A model generated the notes under the pieces. The model saw nothing but the letters and a program-made list of their open reading frames with translations. It was not told the DNA's origin and did not search any database. From Candidatus Latescibacterota bacterium (GTDB lineage: Bacteria > Latescibacterota > UBA2968 > UBA8231): DNA of 64,000 nucleotides. Shown here piece after piece: positions 38,385 through 48,253 of this stretch. Position 1 is the first letter of the stretch, and each line of letters opens with the position of its first letter. The DNA lies in NCBI GenBank assembly GCA_965215195.1, contig CBDCDC010000002.1, positions 2,048,001 to 2,112,000 on the forward strand. The letters run 5' to 3'. Position numbers and translations under genes: made by a program.

Positions 38385-40694
38385 ATGAAAAATCTGGTCA
38401 AGTTCTGCGCTTTTTTTGTCCTGCTAGTCCCGTTGATAGAAGAAGAGGCCAGAGGGCAGGTATTCCAAGTGGACCAAGAGTGGAACTTTCCTGCTGGAAC
38501 CCTCGAGTTTGGGGCAGATGGCTCCATCACCCCGATAAAGTTCGAGTCGTCCATCAACGCCGCGCTCGATGCAGATCAATTTACCTATGAGACAAAAGAG
38601 CGGGGAGAAGTGCAGGGAGGGGTGTGGAAAGTCGGATCGAATCCAGACGCTGCCGCCAATATCATCGATGGCGACCCGGCGACCTTCTGGAAGCCCGATC
38701 CAAAGGACCCGGTGGAGAACTGGTGGATCGAGATCAACTTGGGACGGGCGGTCCCGACCAGCAAGATCCGCCTGCACTTCCCCGACCAAGAAGGGGCAAA
38801 GCCCTTAGGCGTGTTCCGCCTCCTCGGATCGAATGGCGTTAGACAAGCTCAAGGTCAGGATTTCTTTTTTTTCGACTTAATTGGCGGCACCAGCCAGCTA
38901 AATGAACAGACTCTGATCGAGTACCCGGTTCAGGCCTTCGGCAGGGTGTCTAATAACCGCTTGTTTGGTCCTGCAGCCCTAGCCGGCACAGATACTTCGA
39001 CCACCTACGGACCAATCCAATTCGTGCGCATTGTCGTAGATGCCCGAACTGCGGATGCGGCCCTCGCCGAAGTGGAAGTCTTCACCTTTGGACAGAATAT
39101 CGCCCTCAGCACTTTTGCTCGAGGCGGCACTATAACCGAGCCGACAGGTCGCGCTGGCGCCTTGGTCGATGGGGACCTCAGCACCACTTGGCAGGTGACT
39201 AGTGTCGATCCGACTGCCAAGTTCAGTTGGAGTTGGGACCTAGGGGCCCATTTCTGGGTAAACCGGATTCTCGAACTGGCACCGCTGGACGCGGCCCAGG
39301 GGCAAGGGGCATACGCCCCCACCACGGGCCACCAGAGAACCCAGTTATTTGTCTCGGACGGGTCCAGACGGAGTCTGGCCGGAGAGGTAGAATTCGATCT
39401 GCTCTTCGATTTTCCCGATGCGATTGGTTGGAACGCGCCCCAATGGCTGAACTATCTCGTGTTTCCTCCTAAGTCCATCCGCCACATTCTGCATATTTAC
39501 GTCGGCAATAGCAGCAGTATTCTCAATGATATCGCCGTCTTCCCGGTCGGATACGTAGCCAAAGTAGAGATGACCTCGGGCTTTGAGGACTTGGGAGATC
39601 GGCCCAAGGTGATTCGCTCGCTTAGCTGGGATGCGGACCTGCCGGCAGGTACTAGGGTGCAAGCCCAAACCCGCTCGGGCAATACCTTTGAAGAGCAGAC
39701 CATTTACTACGATAAAAATGGCAACGAGGTTACCGAGGAACTCTACAACAAATTGCCCAAACCCCGCAGAGGTGAAACCCAAGCGATTCTAGTGGAAGGG
39801 GCAGACTGGAGCGGCTGGAGCAATCCCTATCGCTTTTCCGGACAGGAGTTTCTTTCTCCAAGTCCGCGTCGGTACGTGCAATTTGCGGTCACCCTGATTT
39901 CGGATCGACCGGACACGGCGGCCACCTTGCGTTCGCTTTCTCTCGATTTCGACGATGCTTTTCTGCTCGGGGCGGTGGGCGAGATCGAGCCCAAAGAGGC
40001 CCGGCCGGGCGTTGCCCAAGAATTTGTATACCACCTTCGGCCCCAGTTCGGCCCGGGAGATTCCGGCTTTGACCGCATCCGGGTGGAGACCCCTTCCGAG
40101 GCGAATGCCGACAGCTTCTCGGTCCAGATAGATGGCAACCCAGTGGTGCTGGCGGCCGAGGCCGTGCAGTTTTTCCCGGATTCTCTCATAGTGGAGCTTC
40201 CCCAGTTAGTGGAGCAGCAGCTAGTAGACATTGAGATGTATGTCAATGTAGTGCAGAACCCGTATCATTTTAGGGCCTTTGTCGGCAACACTCAAAACCC
40301 CGAACTCTGGCAACCAGTTGATCCCGATGCTGACGTGCGCTTCTCGACCACGGTATTCTTGCCCGACGTCGTTTCGAGTGACCGGCTTATTGCCAATTTT
40401 TCGCTCCAGCCTGTCTTTACCCCCAACGGCGATGGCGTAGGGGACGAGGCAAAGATCCGCTTTAATGTTTTGAAAGTGGACATGCCGGCCCAAGTTCAGA
40501 TCTACACCTTGGACGGTAGCTTGGTGCGGAAACTGGAAGGACAGCGTCAGACAGACGGGTTATGGCTCTTTACTTGGTCCGGTCAGGACCATAGCCAAGC
40601 TCTGGTGCCGCCCGGGATCTATATATGCCGGATCAACCTAGAGGCGCAGACCAGTGATGAGGCCCTGGCCCGGACAATCAGCGTGGTCTATTAG
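38385..40694 (+). CDS. Secreted protein with discoidin-like domains and C-terminal FlgD-Ig-like domain, paralog 2
   Basis: Signal peptide; NIIDGDPATFW...WIEINLG (F5/8-like); WSGWSNP, SPRRYVQF; VFTPNGDG, WSGQD...PPGIY, ends VVY. Confidence 0.8.
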   Translation: MKNLVKFCAFFVLLVPLIEEEARGQVFQVDQEWNFPAGTLEFGADGSITPIKFESSINAALDADQFTYETKERGEVQGGVWKVGSNPDAAANIIDGDPATFWKPDPKDPVENWWIEINLGRAVPTSKIRLHFPDQEGAKPLGVFRLLGSNGVRQAQGQDFFFFDLIGGTSQLNEQTLIEYPVQAFGRVSNNRLFGPAALAGTDTSTTYGPIQFVRIVVDARTADAALAEVEVFTFGQNIALSTFARGGTITEPTGRAGALVDGDLSTTWQVTSVDPTAKFSWSWDLGAHFWVNRILELAPLDAAQGQGAYAPTTGHQRTQLFVSDGSRRSLAGEVEFDLLFDFPDAIGWNAPQWLNYLVFPPKSIRHILHIYVGNSSSILNDIAVFPVGYVAKVEMTSGFEDLGDRPKVIRSLSWDADLPAGTRVQAQTRSGNTFEEQTIYYDKNGNEVTEELYNKLPKPRRGETQAILVEGADWSGWSNPYRFSGQEFLSPSPRRYVQFAVTLISDRPDTAATLRSLSLDFDDAFLLGAVGEIEPKEARPGVAQEFVYHLRPQFGPGDSGFDRIRVETPSEANADSFSVQIDGNPVVLAAEAVQFFPDSLIVELPQLVEQQLVDIEMYVNVVQNPYHFRAFVGNTQNPELWQPVDPDADVRFSTTVFLPDVVSSDRLIANFSLQPVFTPNGDGVGDEAKIRFNVLKVDMPAQVQIYTLDGSLVRKLEGQRQTDGLWLFTWSGQDHSQALVPPGIYICRINLEAQTSDEALARTISVVY

Positions 40695-40844
40695 TATGAC
40701 AAGATGTGTTTCCTGAAGGTTGGTTCAAATACATCTCCACGAAATCACGACATAATGGACTGAAGCCACGGCCGGAAAGTTCCAAGGACTCAATCCATTG
40801 ATCTCAAGCCCTTTGGGTTTGGCCATTTCGGGCGAGAAGTTCTC

Positions 40845-40993
40845 AGAAGCCGTCTGAAAACTAGGGTTTCGCTCTCGGCCTTGACGCCAAGCCGCTGGGA
40901 TCGAGGGCGTCTCGCCCGCGAAAAACGCCGGACGCCGAAGCAGCCCGACAGGGGTTTGTCACGCCTAACGGCGCGGTGAAGCAGACGGCTTCT
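40845..40993. mobile_element. MITE/REP-like element copy 3
   Basis: 12-bp perfect TIR AGAAGCCGTCTG/CAGACGGCTTCT; core GGGATCGAGGGCGTCTCGCCCGCG. Confidence 0.78.
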
Positions 40994-41017
40994 AAGAAGG
41001 ATAATGGGAGGTGATGT

Positions 41018-43663
41018 ATGTCGCAGGCAATAGGCCATTTAAGACCGGTATTCCTGCTTCTCTTGAGCAGTATCATATGGGGAGAAATCCCAGCAAACGC
41101 TCAGTTATTTACCGGGTACCGCCCCGTCGAAGAGCCAGGGATCTACGGAGCACGGGTCCGCCCGGGCGCTTTGGCTCCCAACCGCCGGAAGTGGTATCTT
41201 CCCCAGAATCTCTACTACGAATATAGCTGGCGGGGGTGGGAGTATAGTAACTATGCCCGGCAAAACTATCAGCGCTACGTGAACATTCTGCTCGAAGGAA
41301 CCCGGCAATACGATCTATTTGGTAATTATATCGCCCGGGGATGGAAGATCTACGACTGGACCGAGAACAGTCCGGAGCGGCTCGGAAGCGAGATATTCAA
41401 GAACGCGTTTTACCAGAGCTGGTTCAACAATGTCATCGTGTCGTCTGCCCAGAAAGGCCAATTCCACACTTCCCTGACCATAGGCGATGCGCTCCGCACG
41501 ACCTTGACACCCCTTACCTTTTCCAAGCCGACCTTTAATGGTATCCAGTGGGACTTCCTCACCGACAAGTACGCTATGACCATCTTGGCGTCTCGACTCA
41601 GTGCGCCCGGCTTTTCGGCCCTCACGCAGACATCCGGAGCCAGCCGATCCGAGAACACCTCGAGGCTTTTGGCCGGCAGGGGGGTTGGACAAGTAGGAGA
41701 CTTTGCGCAATTGGGGCTGACTTGGGTCAACGTCGCCAACACTAGCAGTACCCTGACTCTAGGAGATAACTCCTTAAAAGGCGTACTGACCGAGCCTCAG
41801 AACCAGGGCAGCGTGGAAACCGTGGTTGTCCGGATCTCGGACGATTCTCCGGAAACCCCGCAATCGGGGGCACTCCTCTTCTTCGACCAAGTGGTGATCA
41901 ACGGGAAGCCCCATCCGGAAATCACTCCCTTGATACGAGGCGGGATTCGCAGTGAGGGCAACCTCGAGGCGCGCGGCACAGATGTGATCGAGCTGATCTA
42001 CGATATCAGGAATGACTTCCGACCAACGGAAGAGGTGCCGACTTTGGGGGATGTCTCCAAGTTAGAGTTCGAGTTGATCATAGCCAACGACTACCGGGTG
42101 GAGGTTTCGTCCAACAAACAAACAGATCGCTTGGGAGGCCAAGTTTTTTTGCCAGTTGCCCAGGCCGAAAAAGAGGTTATCGACGGGTCCAATCAGCGCT
42201 TCATTAGGTTTGAGTACGGCCTGCCCACAGCCCACGAGGTAATCGGTCTGGATTTGGAGATAAACAACTTAGGAGGCCTGGACCTGCGCGCCGAGTACGC
42301 GGTAAACCGGCGCTTTCGGCGCTTCCCCAACCAGAATTTTGGGGTCAACGACCTCGATCCAGAGAAGGAAAGGGCCGAAGCGGCCTATATTACGGCGTCC
42401 TACAATAACTATCCTTGGTTTGTCTACACAGAGGCCTTTGACATGGCGCCCGACTACAGCACCACGGCCTTCATCTCCAATTCACTGGGAAGCATTGACT
42501 ACAGCGACGAGCAGAGGCACCTGTTTGAGTTCGTCGACGACAACGATGACCAAGACCGCTTTCCAGACTGGCAACGCGTCAATCAGATCGGACTGGTCGG
42601 AGACATAGGAGGGGCGGGAGCCGACAACGACGTCTTCCCCGGACTCGACGAGAACAACGACTTTGTCTCCGATTTCAACCAGAATGATAATTCTAGACCC
42701 GATTATGCCGAGCCTTTCCTGCGCTACGCAGTGGATCCTCCAGAGTTCCTCTTTGGGATGGACATGAACAACAACACACTCATCGACCGCTTCGAGGACG
42801 ATCGGCAGCCGGACTTTCCCTACGAACGGGACCGCCGCGGCTACAATATCTACGGAGGGCTGATGCTCGCCAAAAGAGCGCAAATTACCATCGGCCGGTT
42901 GAGGGAACGGATGCCCAGCAGCGCTAGGGAGAGTCGCGCTACTTACGGACTGCTTGCGGTAGAGGTGAATACGCCTCGGTGGAACATTGGTCTGGTCGAA
43001 CACGCCAAGCTGGTCAAGGATAATATCGCGGACGACCGACTGATCTGGATAGATCCCACGGGATCGGAGAATTTCAGCGATCCTTTGGACAATCAGGATA
43101 CCTTTGTCAACACCTTGTACCTTCAGGCCAAGTACACCCGGATTCGCGATCTGGATATTCAGGGCAAGATCAAGTACGAAATTTTCAACCAGCGGGGAAA
43201 ACAGGCCGCCGTGCTGCGCAATCGCTCGTTCTTCGGCTTGATCAACAAGGCGGGGTACGCCATTCCAGTGGGGGAAGACCTGATATTCTGGCCTAGGTGG
43301 AAGAGCACATTTCGGCGTGAGACCCCTTCGGCAAAATCGAGTCTGAAATCCCGCGACCTCGAGGAAACCCTATTTCTGATTACCCGCTACTCGCTGCTTC
43401 CGGGAACATGGCTGGAAGGCGGGGTCGAATTTAGCTGGTTTGAAAACCTGAAAAAGCGACCGGAAGAGCCGCCCCCGGGCTTTGTCGACGACTTCCGCAG
43501 CCAAGTTTATTCGCTCCTCATTTCCAACACTTCTGCCTACCTCGGCTACCAAATAACCGCGAACATAGGTCTGCAACTGCGGCGTACCAAGTTCAAAGAA
43601 GAGGATACCAGAGATGAATCCATCGGTTTTGTGCGCATATTTGCCAGCACAGGTACAGATTGA
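41018..43663 (+). CDS. Large exported hypothetical protein; putative outer-membrane beta-barrel with an Asp/Asn-rich Ca-binding-like insert
   Basis: GGAGGT RBS, signal peptide, FVDDNDDQD...GLDENNDFVSDFNQND...DMNNN; C-terminal amphipathic strands; paralog at 61-62.6 kb. Confidence 0.65.
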   Translation: MSQAIGHLRPVFLLLLSSIIWGEIPANAQLFTGYRPVEEPGIYGARVRPGALAPNRRKWYLPQNLYYEYSWRGWEYSNYARQNYQRYVNILLEGTRQYDLFGNYIARGWKIYDWTENSPERLGSEIFKNAFYQSWFNNVIVSSAQKGQFHTSLTIGDALRTTLTPLTFSKPTFNGIQWDFLTDKYAMTILASRLSAPGFSALTQTSGASRSENTSRLLAGRGVGQVGDFAQLGLTWVNVANTSSTLTLGDNSLKGVLTEPQNQGSVETVVVRISDDSPETPQSGALLFFDQVVINGKPHPEITPLIRGGIRSEGNLEARGTDVIELIYDIRNDFRPTEEVPTLGDVSKLEFELIIANDYRVEVSSNKQTDRLGGQVFLPVAQAEKEVIDGSNQRFIRFEYGLPTAHEVIGLDLEINNLGGLDLRAEYAVNRRFRRFPNQNFGVNDLDPEKERAEAAYITASYNNYPWFVYTEAFDMAPDYSTTAFISNSLGSIDYSDEQRHLFEFVDDNDDQDRFPDWQRVNQIGLVGDIGGAGADNDVFPGLDENNDFVSDFNQNDNSRPDYAEPFLRYAVDPPEFLFGMDMNNNTLIDRFEDDRQPDFPYERDRRGYNIYGGLMLAKRAQITIGRLRERMPSSARESRATYGLLAVEVNTPRWNIGLVEHAKLVKDNIADDRLIWIDPTGSENFSDPLDNQDTFVNTLYLQAKYTRIRDLDIQGKIKYEIFNQRGKQAAVLRNRSFFGLINKAGYAIPVGEDLIFWPRWKSTFRRETPSAKSSLKSRDLEETLFLITRYSLLPGTWLEGGVEFSWFENLKKRPEEPPPGFVDDFRSQVYSLLISNTSAYLGYQITANIGLQLRRTKFKEEDTRDESIGFVRIFASTGTD

Positions 43664-43698
43664 TACATACACGCGCAATTTTTTCAGGAAGATGTGTT

Positions 43699-45774
43699 AT
43701 GAGAGGTGCTTTTTTTGCGCTGGTTGCCCTAGGGCTGCTAGTTAGCCCTCGCGAGTCGGCCACCCAGCTAATTGAGCTGCGCCTTGGCGGTGAAGACGGC
43801 CAGGCTTGGGCCGACCAGACCGCCTTGAACGTGATGGTAGATTTGACCTCTAGCCGAGGAGCGATCCAGCCCCTTTTTCTTGATCCCAACGTGAACGTAG
43901 TCACCCAGATCGGCCCTTGGTTCCGCTTCCGCGAGCCGGTCGAGTTCGACTTTCGTCCCGGCATGCCCCATGTCTGGCGGGCTATTGGCTCCATCCGCGA
44001 GGTCGGCCGAGTTGCCGATGCGCTGATATTCGTAGATGGGGACCGCGGCACCTATTATGCCTCCTCAGGCTTTACCGCAGCCGGCGGCCAAGGGGGGGTG
44101 GAAGGCGAGTTTTACTCCATCGATCTGGGCACGCGCATCCCCGCCGAGCGCTTTGTAATGCTTCCACCGGAGGGCACTGAGCCGATCACCCAAGAACCCT
44201 ACGACCCCAACTACTTCTTCCCCCGCTACGAATTGACCGCTAGCAACGATGAGGTGGCGATAAAGCTGCAAGACGGCACTTGGTGTACCAATCACTTCTG
44301 GTGCGGCGGGTTCTACATTCCGCTGGACATTGTGCTGGCCTCGGTGGAGGGCAATCTCGAATCCACGATCGAGGTCACCTTTCCGCGCCAGTACCTGCGC
44401 TTCTTTCGCCTGCGCTTTATTCCGGACTCGCAATGTTGTAGAAATGGTCAAAACACCTCGTTCGAGCGGTATGCGGTGTCCGAGTTGGAGGTGTACGGTC
44501 GCGGCGTCGTGCCCGAGGCCCGCTGGGAGTCCAAGGTCATAGACCTAGGCCAGATCGTCAACATCGGCCAAGTCCACTTCGGCGTCAGCACTTGGCGCAA
44601 GGACGCGGTCGCGTCCGAGCCCCAACCCGAACCCCAAGCACCCACTCAGGTCAGGGTGTCCGTGCGCACCGGTCTAGACGACGAGCCGGTGGCCTACCAC
44701 ACCTACGACGACTTGCGCCAGCCTACCGAGGTGAGTGCCACCGCTTACGCCCGCCTCAAGCCGCGCCGCTGGCCCTTTGACCCGCCGGCGGCCGGCTGGG
44801 CCGGACCGATCACTGAAGACCGGGACAACTGGAGCTTCTGGTCGGCCCCGCTCGAGCAGTCCGGCGAAAAGCCTCGGGTGCCGCGCGGCCGCTTTATCAT
44901 GCTGCGGGTGGAAATGGACAGTGAGAGCCTAGAATCGTTTGCCCGCATCGACTCGCTGGTGGTGGAGACCTCGCCGCTGTTGGCCGAGCGGATACTGGGC
45001 GAGGTGGCTGTGGTGGGCGATTTGCAGCCCGCAGGCAGAGTGGCCCTGCTGCCCGTCGGCGAGCTGACCGAGTTGTTCTACGAAATAGGCACCGAGTTCG
45101 TCGCCGGCCAAGCCGGTTTTGATGGGGTGCGGGTGTTGGCCCCCGCGACCGCCGAGTTTTTGAGCCTAGAGATGGGTAATCCGCTGCAGCCGGTACCTGT
45201 GGATCCAGCCGATGTGGTGTCTGAGGAGCGGGGGTTCATCGTGTACCTGCCACGTCCGCTCAGGCCAGACGGCGACCAGCGGTTGCGGCTGCGGCTGGCG
45301 ACGGCTTTGTACAACGCCTCGGGCACACTGCGCGCTGAGGTATTTCGCCGAGAACAAGCCGGGTTGCCGCAGGAAGTGGAGAGCGGAGATGTCAGCGATG
45401 AGATGGGCACTAACCAGTTGCGCATGGTCGCAGTCGAGTCGTCGCTGGGATCTGTTCTGCGCCAGTTAGAGGTGCAGCCGTCGGTGTTTACACCTCAGGG
45501 GGATGGCATCAATGAGGTAGTGTCGATCCGCTTCACTTTGTTCCAGGTGCTGGGGGGGACAGAGGTGGAGGTGGGCATGTACAGCTTAGAGGGACAGCGG
45601 GTATGGCAGCAGGTGCTGGAGGTACAGAGAGTCGGTCCTCAGGAGGTGGTGGAATGGGATGGCCGCGACGAAGCCGGCGCATTGGTGCCGCCAGGGGTGT
45701 ATATGGCGCGGGTACGGGTGGAGGCAGATCAAGGGGATTCCGATCAATTGCAGGTGGTGGGTGTGGCTTATTGA
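43699..45774 (+). CDS. Secreted protein with C-terminal FlgD-Ig-like domain, paralog 3
   Basis: Signal peptide; SIDLG, WSFWSAP; VFTPQGDGINE, WDGRDEAGALVPPGVY, ends VAY. Confidence 0.8.
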   Translation: MRGAFFALVALGLLVSPRESATQLIELRLGGEDGQAWADQTALNVMVDLTSSRGAIQPLFLDPNVNVVTQIGPWFRFREPVEFDFRPGMPHVWRAIGSIREVGRVADALIFVDGDRGTYYASSGFTAAGGQGGVEGEFYSIDLGTRIPAERFVMLPPEGTEPITQEPYDPNYFFPRYELTASNDEVAIKLQDGTWCTNHFWCGGFYIPLDIVLASVEGNLESTIEVTFPRQYLRFFRLRFIPDSQCCRNGQNTSFERYAVSELEVYGRGVVPEARWESKVIDLGQIVNIGQVHFGVSTWRKDAVASEPQPEPQAPTQVRVSVRTGLDDEPVAYHTYDDLRQPTEVSATAYARLKPRRWPFDPPAAGWAGPITEDRDNWSFWSAPLEQSGEKPRVPRGRFIMLRVEMDSESLESFARIDSLVVETSPLLAERILGEVAVVGDLQPAGRVALLPVGELTELFYEIGTEFVAGQAGFDGVRVLAPATAEFLSLEMGNPLQPVPVDPADVVSEERGFIVYLPRPLRPDGDQRLRLRLATALYNASGTLRAEVFRREQAGLPQEVESGDVSDEMGTNQLRMVAVESSLGSVLRQLEVQPSVFTPQGDGINEVVSIRFTLFQVLGGTEVEVGMYSLEGQRVWQQVLEVQRVGPQEVVEWDGRDEAGALVPPGVYMARVRVEADQGDSDQLQVVGVAY

Positions 45775-45814
45775 GCGTAGAAGCGTCGCAATATATCGCC
45801 AAGAGGTGATTAGG

Positions 45815-46582
45815 ATGAGGACATTTGTACTCAGCGCAACCGCGTCAGTAGCACTGCTGTTGGGTGGTTGCGGCTACAAATTGGGCTATCGGCACTTTCC
45901 CGGGCCCATAATGCCCGTTGCCGAGCTCCAGCAGACCGAGGAATTTAACGTCGGCGATGACCGCAGCATCACCTTTGTCAAGGGCCGCTTGGAGGTCAGC
46001 CTGCAACCTATAACGGCCGAAATGCTGAACCGGCAGTTTGAAGTTCATTCGGCCTCTCCGGCGGGCTTTTACCGGGACAACCCGTACCAAGCTCCAGTCA
46101 ATCCGTATACCTACGGCGACTGGAAGCCCTCGGGTGAGGAACAGGCACTGGCTCGTTTTGCGGTCTTTCTGCTCAAGATAAAGAACTACGCCTATCCAAA
46201 GGTGCGCGTGGATCCGGCCTTGATTGAGATCACAGCCCCCAACGGACGGCACTACCAGTCGCTCAGCCTCACTGCCCTGATCGAATACTACTGGCCCTAT
46301 GCAATCGCCTACGCGGGCAATACCTACCAGCCATTCAAGGAGCGAGAGAGCATTCTGAGGAAGACGCTCTTCAACGATGATATGATCTTCAGTGGTCAGG
46401 AAAAGGGAGGGTTTGTCGTTTTTCCTGCGCTGGACGACGATGTCGAGGATTTCGAGGTTCGGATCGAGAACATGACCTTGCGCTTCGACTACCGGGACGA
46501 GCCAATGGAGACAGTCGATATTCCCTATCAGTTCACTCGGGAGGTCAACTATGCCCTTGAGCCGCCCGCCACGAGGCAGTAG
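45815..46582 (+). CDS. Hypothetical lipoprotein
   Basis: GAGGT RBS; MRTFVLSATASVALLLGG-C lipobox. Confidence 0.75.
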   Translation: MRTFVLSATASVALLLGGCGYKLGYRHFPGPIMPVAELQQTEEFNVGDDRSITFVKGRLEVSLQPITAEMLNRQFEVHSASPAGFYRDNPYQAPVNPYTYGDWKPSGEEQALARFAVFLLKIKNYAYPKVRVDPALIEITAPNGRHYQSLSLTALIEYYWPYAIAYAGNTYQPFKERESILRKTLFNDDMIFSGQEKGGFVVFPALDDDVEDFEVRIENMTLRFDYRDEPMETVDIPYQFTREVNYALEPPATRQ

Positions 46583-46594
46583 GAGGGAAGCGCG

Positions 46595-48253
46595 TTGGCA
46601 CTAGTGGCGTTTTTCCTGTGGCTATTCGGCTGCAGTACCCCAGCGGACGACAATGTGGTAGCCCGGGTCGACACAGTGGAGATTACGGTCGAAGACCTGC
46701 TTAGGTTCAATATGGATATGCCCGCTCTGCTCCGCTCTGAGGAGCAGGGCGTCCAGATGTGGCGCGAACACCTCGGCAGCATGGTTGATATGGAGCTGAT
46801 GTTACTCGAGGCCCGGAAGCAGGGCATCGACCAGGATTCGGAGTTTGTGGGTAAATGGGAGCACGAGCGGCGGCAAAAACTGATCGGGGAGATCCTCCGC
46901 CGGGAAGTCAAAGAGAAGAGCGCTCTTTCGTCAGAGGAGTTGCAACGTCGCTTCGAGCAGTCCAAGTGGAACCGCATGCTGAAACTAGCCCGCATCCAAG
47001 TAGAGACCGCGGAGGACGCCCGGAAAGTAGTGGAAGCGCTCGAGCGGGGAAAAGGGTTCGGGGAAGTGGCCAAACTTCGTTCTACCGATCGCGAGACCGC
47101 CTCCCAAGGTGGCCTGCTTGGTCCTCTCTACGGGCGTGGCAACGTAGAAGAGCAGGGGATGCCGGTGGCGGTTGCAGAGGAAGTTTTTGCGCTAGCGGTA
47201 GGCAAGATCAGCCGGCCCTTCGAGATTGGGGACGGGTACGAGATCTTTGAGGTCGTGGCCGAGAGTCCTCCCCCCGCGAGTTACAGCTTGATTTACGCCC
47301 AAGTCCAGATTACCAAAGCCGTTTGGGCCCGCCGCAAAGAGCTGATGGAGGAGTTGGCCACCCAATTCGGAGTGGAGCTGGACCAAGAAGGCATCGCTTT
47401 TCTGCTGGCAAGGGCTCCGAGCGCTGACGCGGATACGCTGGCTCTAGCAGAGCCGGACCAAAGGGTGGTTCTGTGTCATTTCGCTGGCGGACAGTTGACC
47501 TTGAAAGATTTCGCCGACACCTACCAGAGGGTCCGCCGCTTCCGAGCGGTCAGATTTGATAGCAGCGGCATCGCCGAGTTCATCCATCGGGAGCTCTTGC
47601 CGATCCAACTCCTGTCCAAAGCAGCCCTGAAGCAGGGAATTGATCAGGACTCGTCGGTAGTCGCTTGGCTGGAGGCCAAGAAGAAGACTATGCTGATCGA
47701 AACCTTAAAAGAGTGGGAAGTGGATCGGCGGATCGACTTGGGCGACGAAGCGGTGCGCTCCTACTACGAAAACCATCTACATCTTTTTAAGAAGCCCGAA
47801 CAGATCACCATACAGGAGATTCTGTGTACCACCCGGGAGGAGGCCGAGGAGGTCTTGAAACGGATTCTGAACGGGGAAGAAATGGAGAATCTAGCCGCGC
47901 ACTACAGTATCAGGAGTGGGGTCGAGAGAACCAAAGGTTTAATTCATATGCACACCTATGGAAAAACCAATTACGGCGTCCTCTACGACGAGGCGATGAA
48001 GGCGGAGATGGGCGAGCTAAAAGGTCCCGTCCAGCTTGAGGAAGGCTATACACTATTCAAGGTGGTGGAGAAGATCGGCTTGAAGCCCGATCCCTTTGAG
48101 AAGGCATCGTCGAGAGCGCGATATTGGCTGAAGAAGGAAAAGGAAGAGGAGCTAATCACCGCCCTACTTCACAGCCTGAAGGAGAAGTACGCCTCAAAGA
48201 TCGTCCTATTTGAGGACCGCTTGAAGAAGATGGATGCAGAAGCCGCTATCTAA
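46595..48253 (+). CDS. PpiC/parvulin-type peptidyl-prolyl isomerase lipoprotein (two rotamase domains, SurA/PrsA-like)
   Basis: Lipobox LFG-C; VVARVD..EIT; GKGFGEVAKLRSTD..TASQGGLLG; second domain LAAHYS...GELKGPV. Confidence 0.85.
   Translation: MALVAFFLWLFGCSTPADDNVVARVDTVEITVEDLLRFNMDMPALLRSEEQGVQMWREHLGSMVDMELMLLEARKQGIDQDSEFVGKWEHERRQKLIGEILRREVKEKSALSSEELQRRFEQSKWNRMLKLARIQVETAEDARKVVEALERGKGFGEVAKLRSTDRETASQGGLLGPLYGRGNVEEQGMPVAVAEEVFALAVGKISRPFEIGDGYEIFEVVAESPPPASYSLIYAQVQITKAVWARRKELMEELATQFGVELDQEGIAFLLARAPSADADTLALAEPDQRVVLCHFAGGQLTLKDFADTYQRVRRFRAVRFDSSGIAEFIHRELLPIQLLSKAALKQGIDQDSSVVAWLEAKKKTMLIETLKEWEVDRRIDLGDEAVRSYYENHLHLFKKPEQITIQEILCTTREEAEEVLKRILNGEEMENLAAHYSIRSGVERTKGLIHMHTYGKTNYGVLYDEAMKAEMGELKGPVQLEEGYTLFKVVEKIGLKPDPFEKASSRARYWLKKEKEEELITALLHSLKEKYASKIVLFEDRLKKMDAEAAI

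Noticed and set aside
40849-40858. Neisseria DNA uptake sequence GCCGTCTGAA
   Set aside because: One exact match noticed, inside a terminal repeat whose other copies differ; not dispersed as a DUS would be
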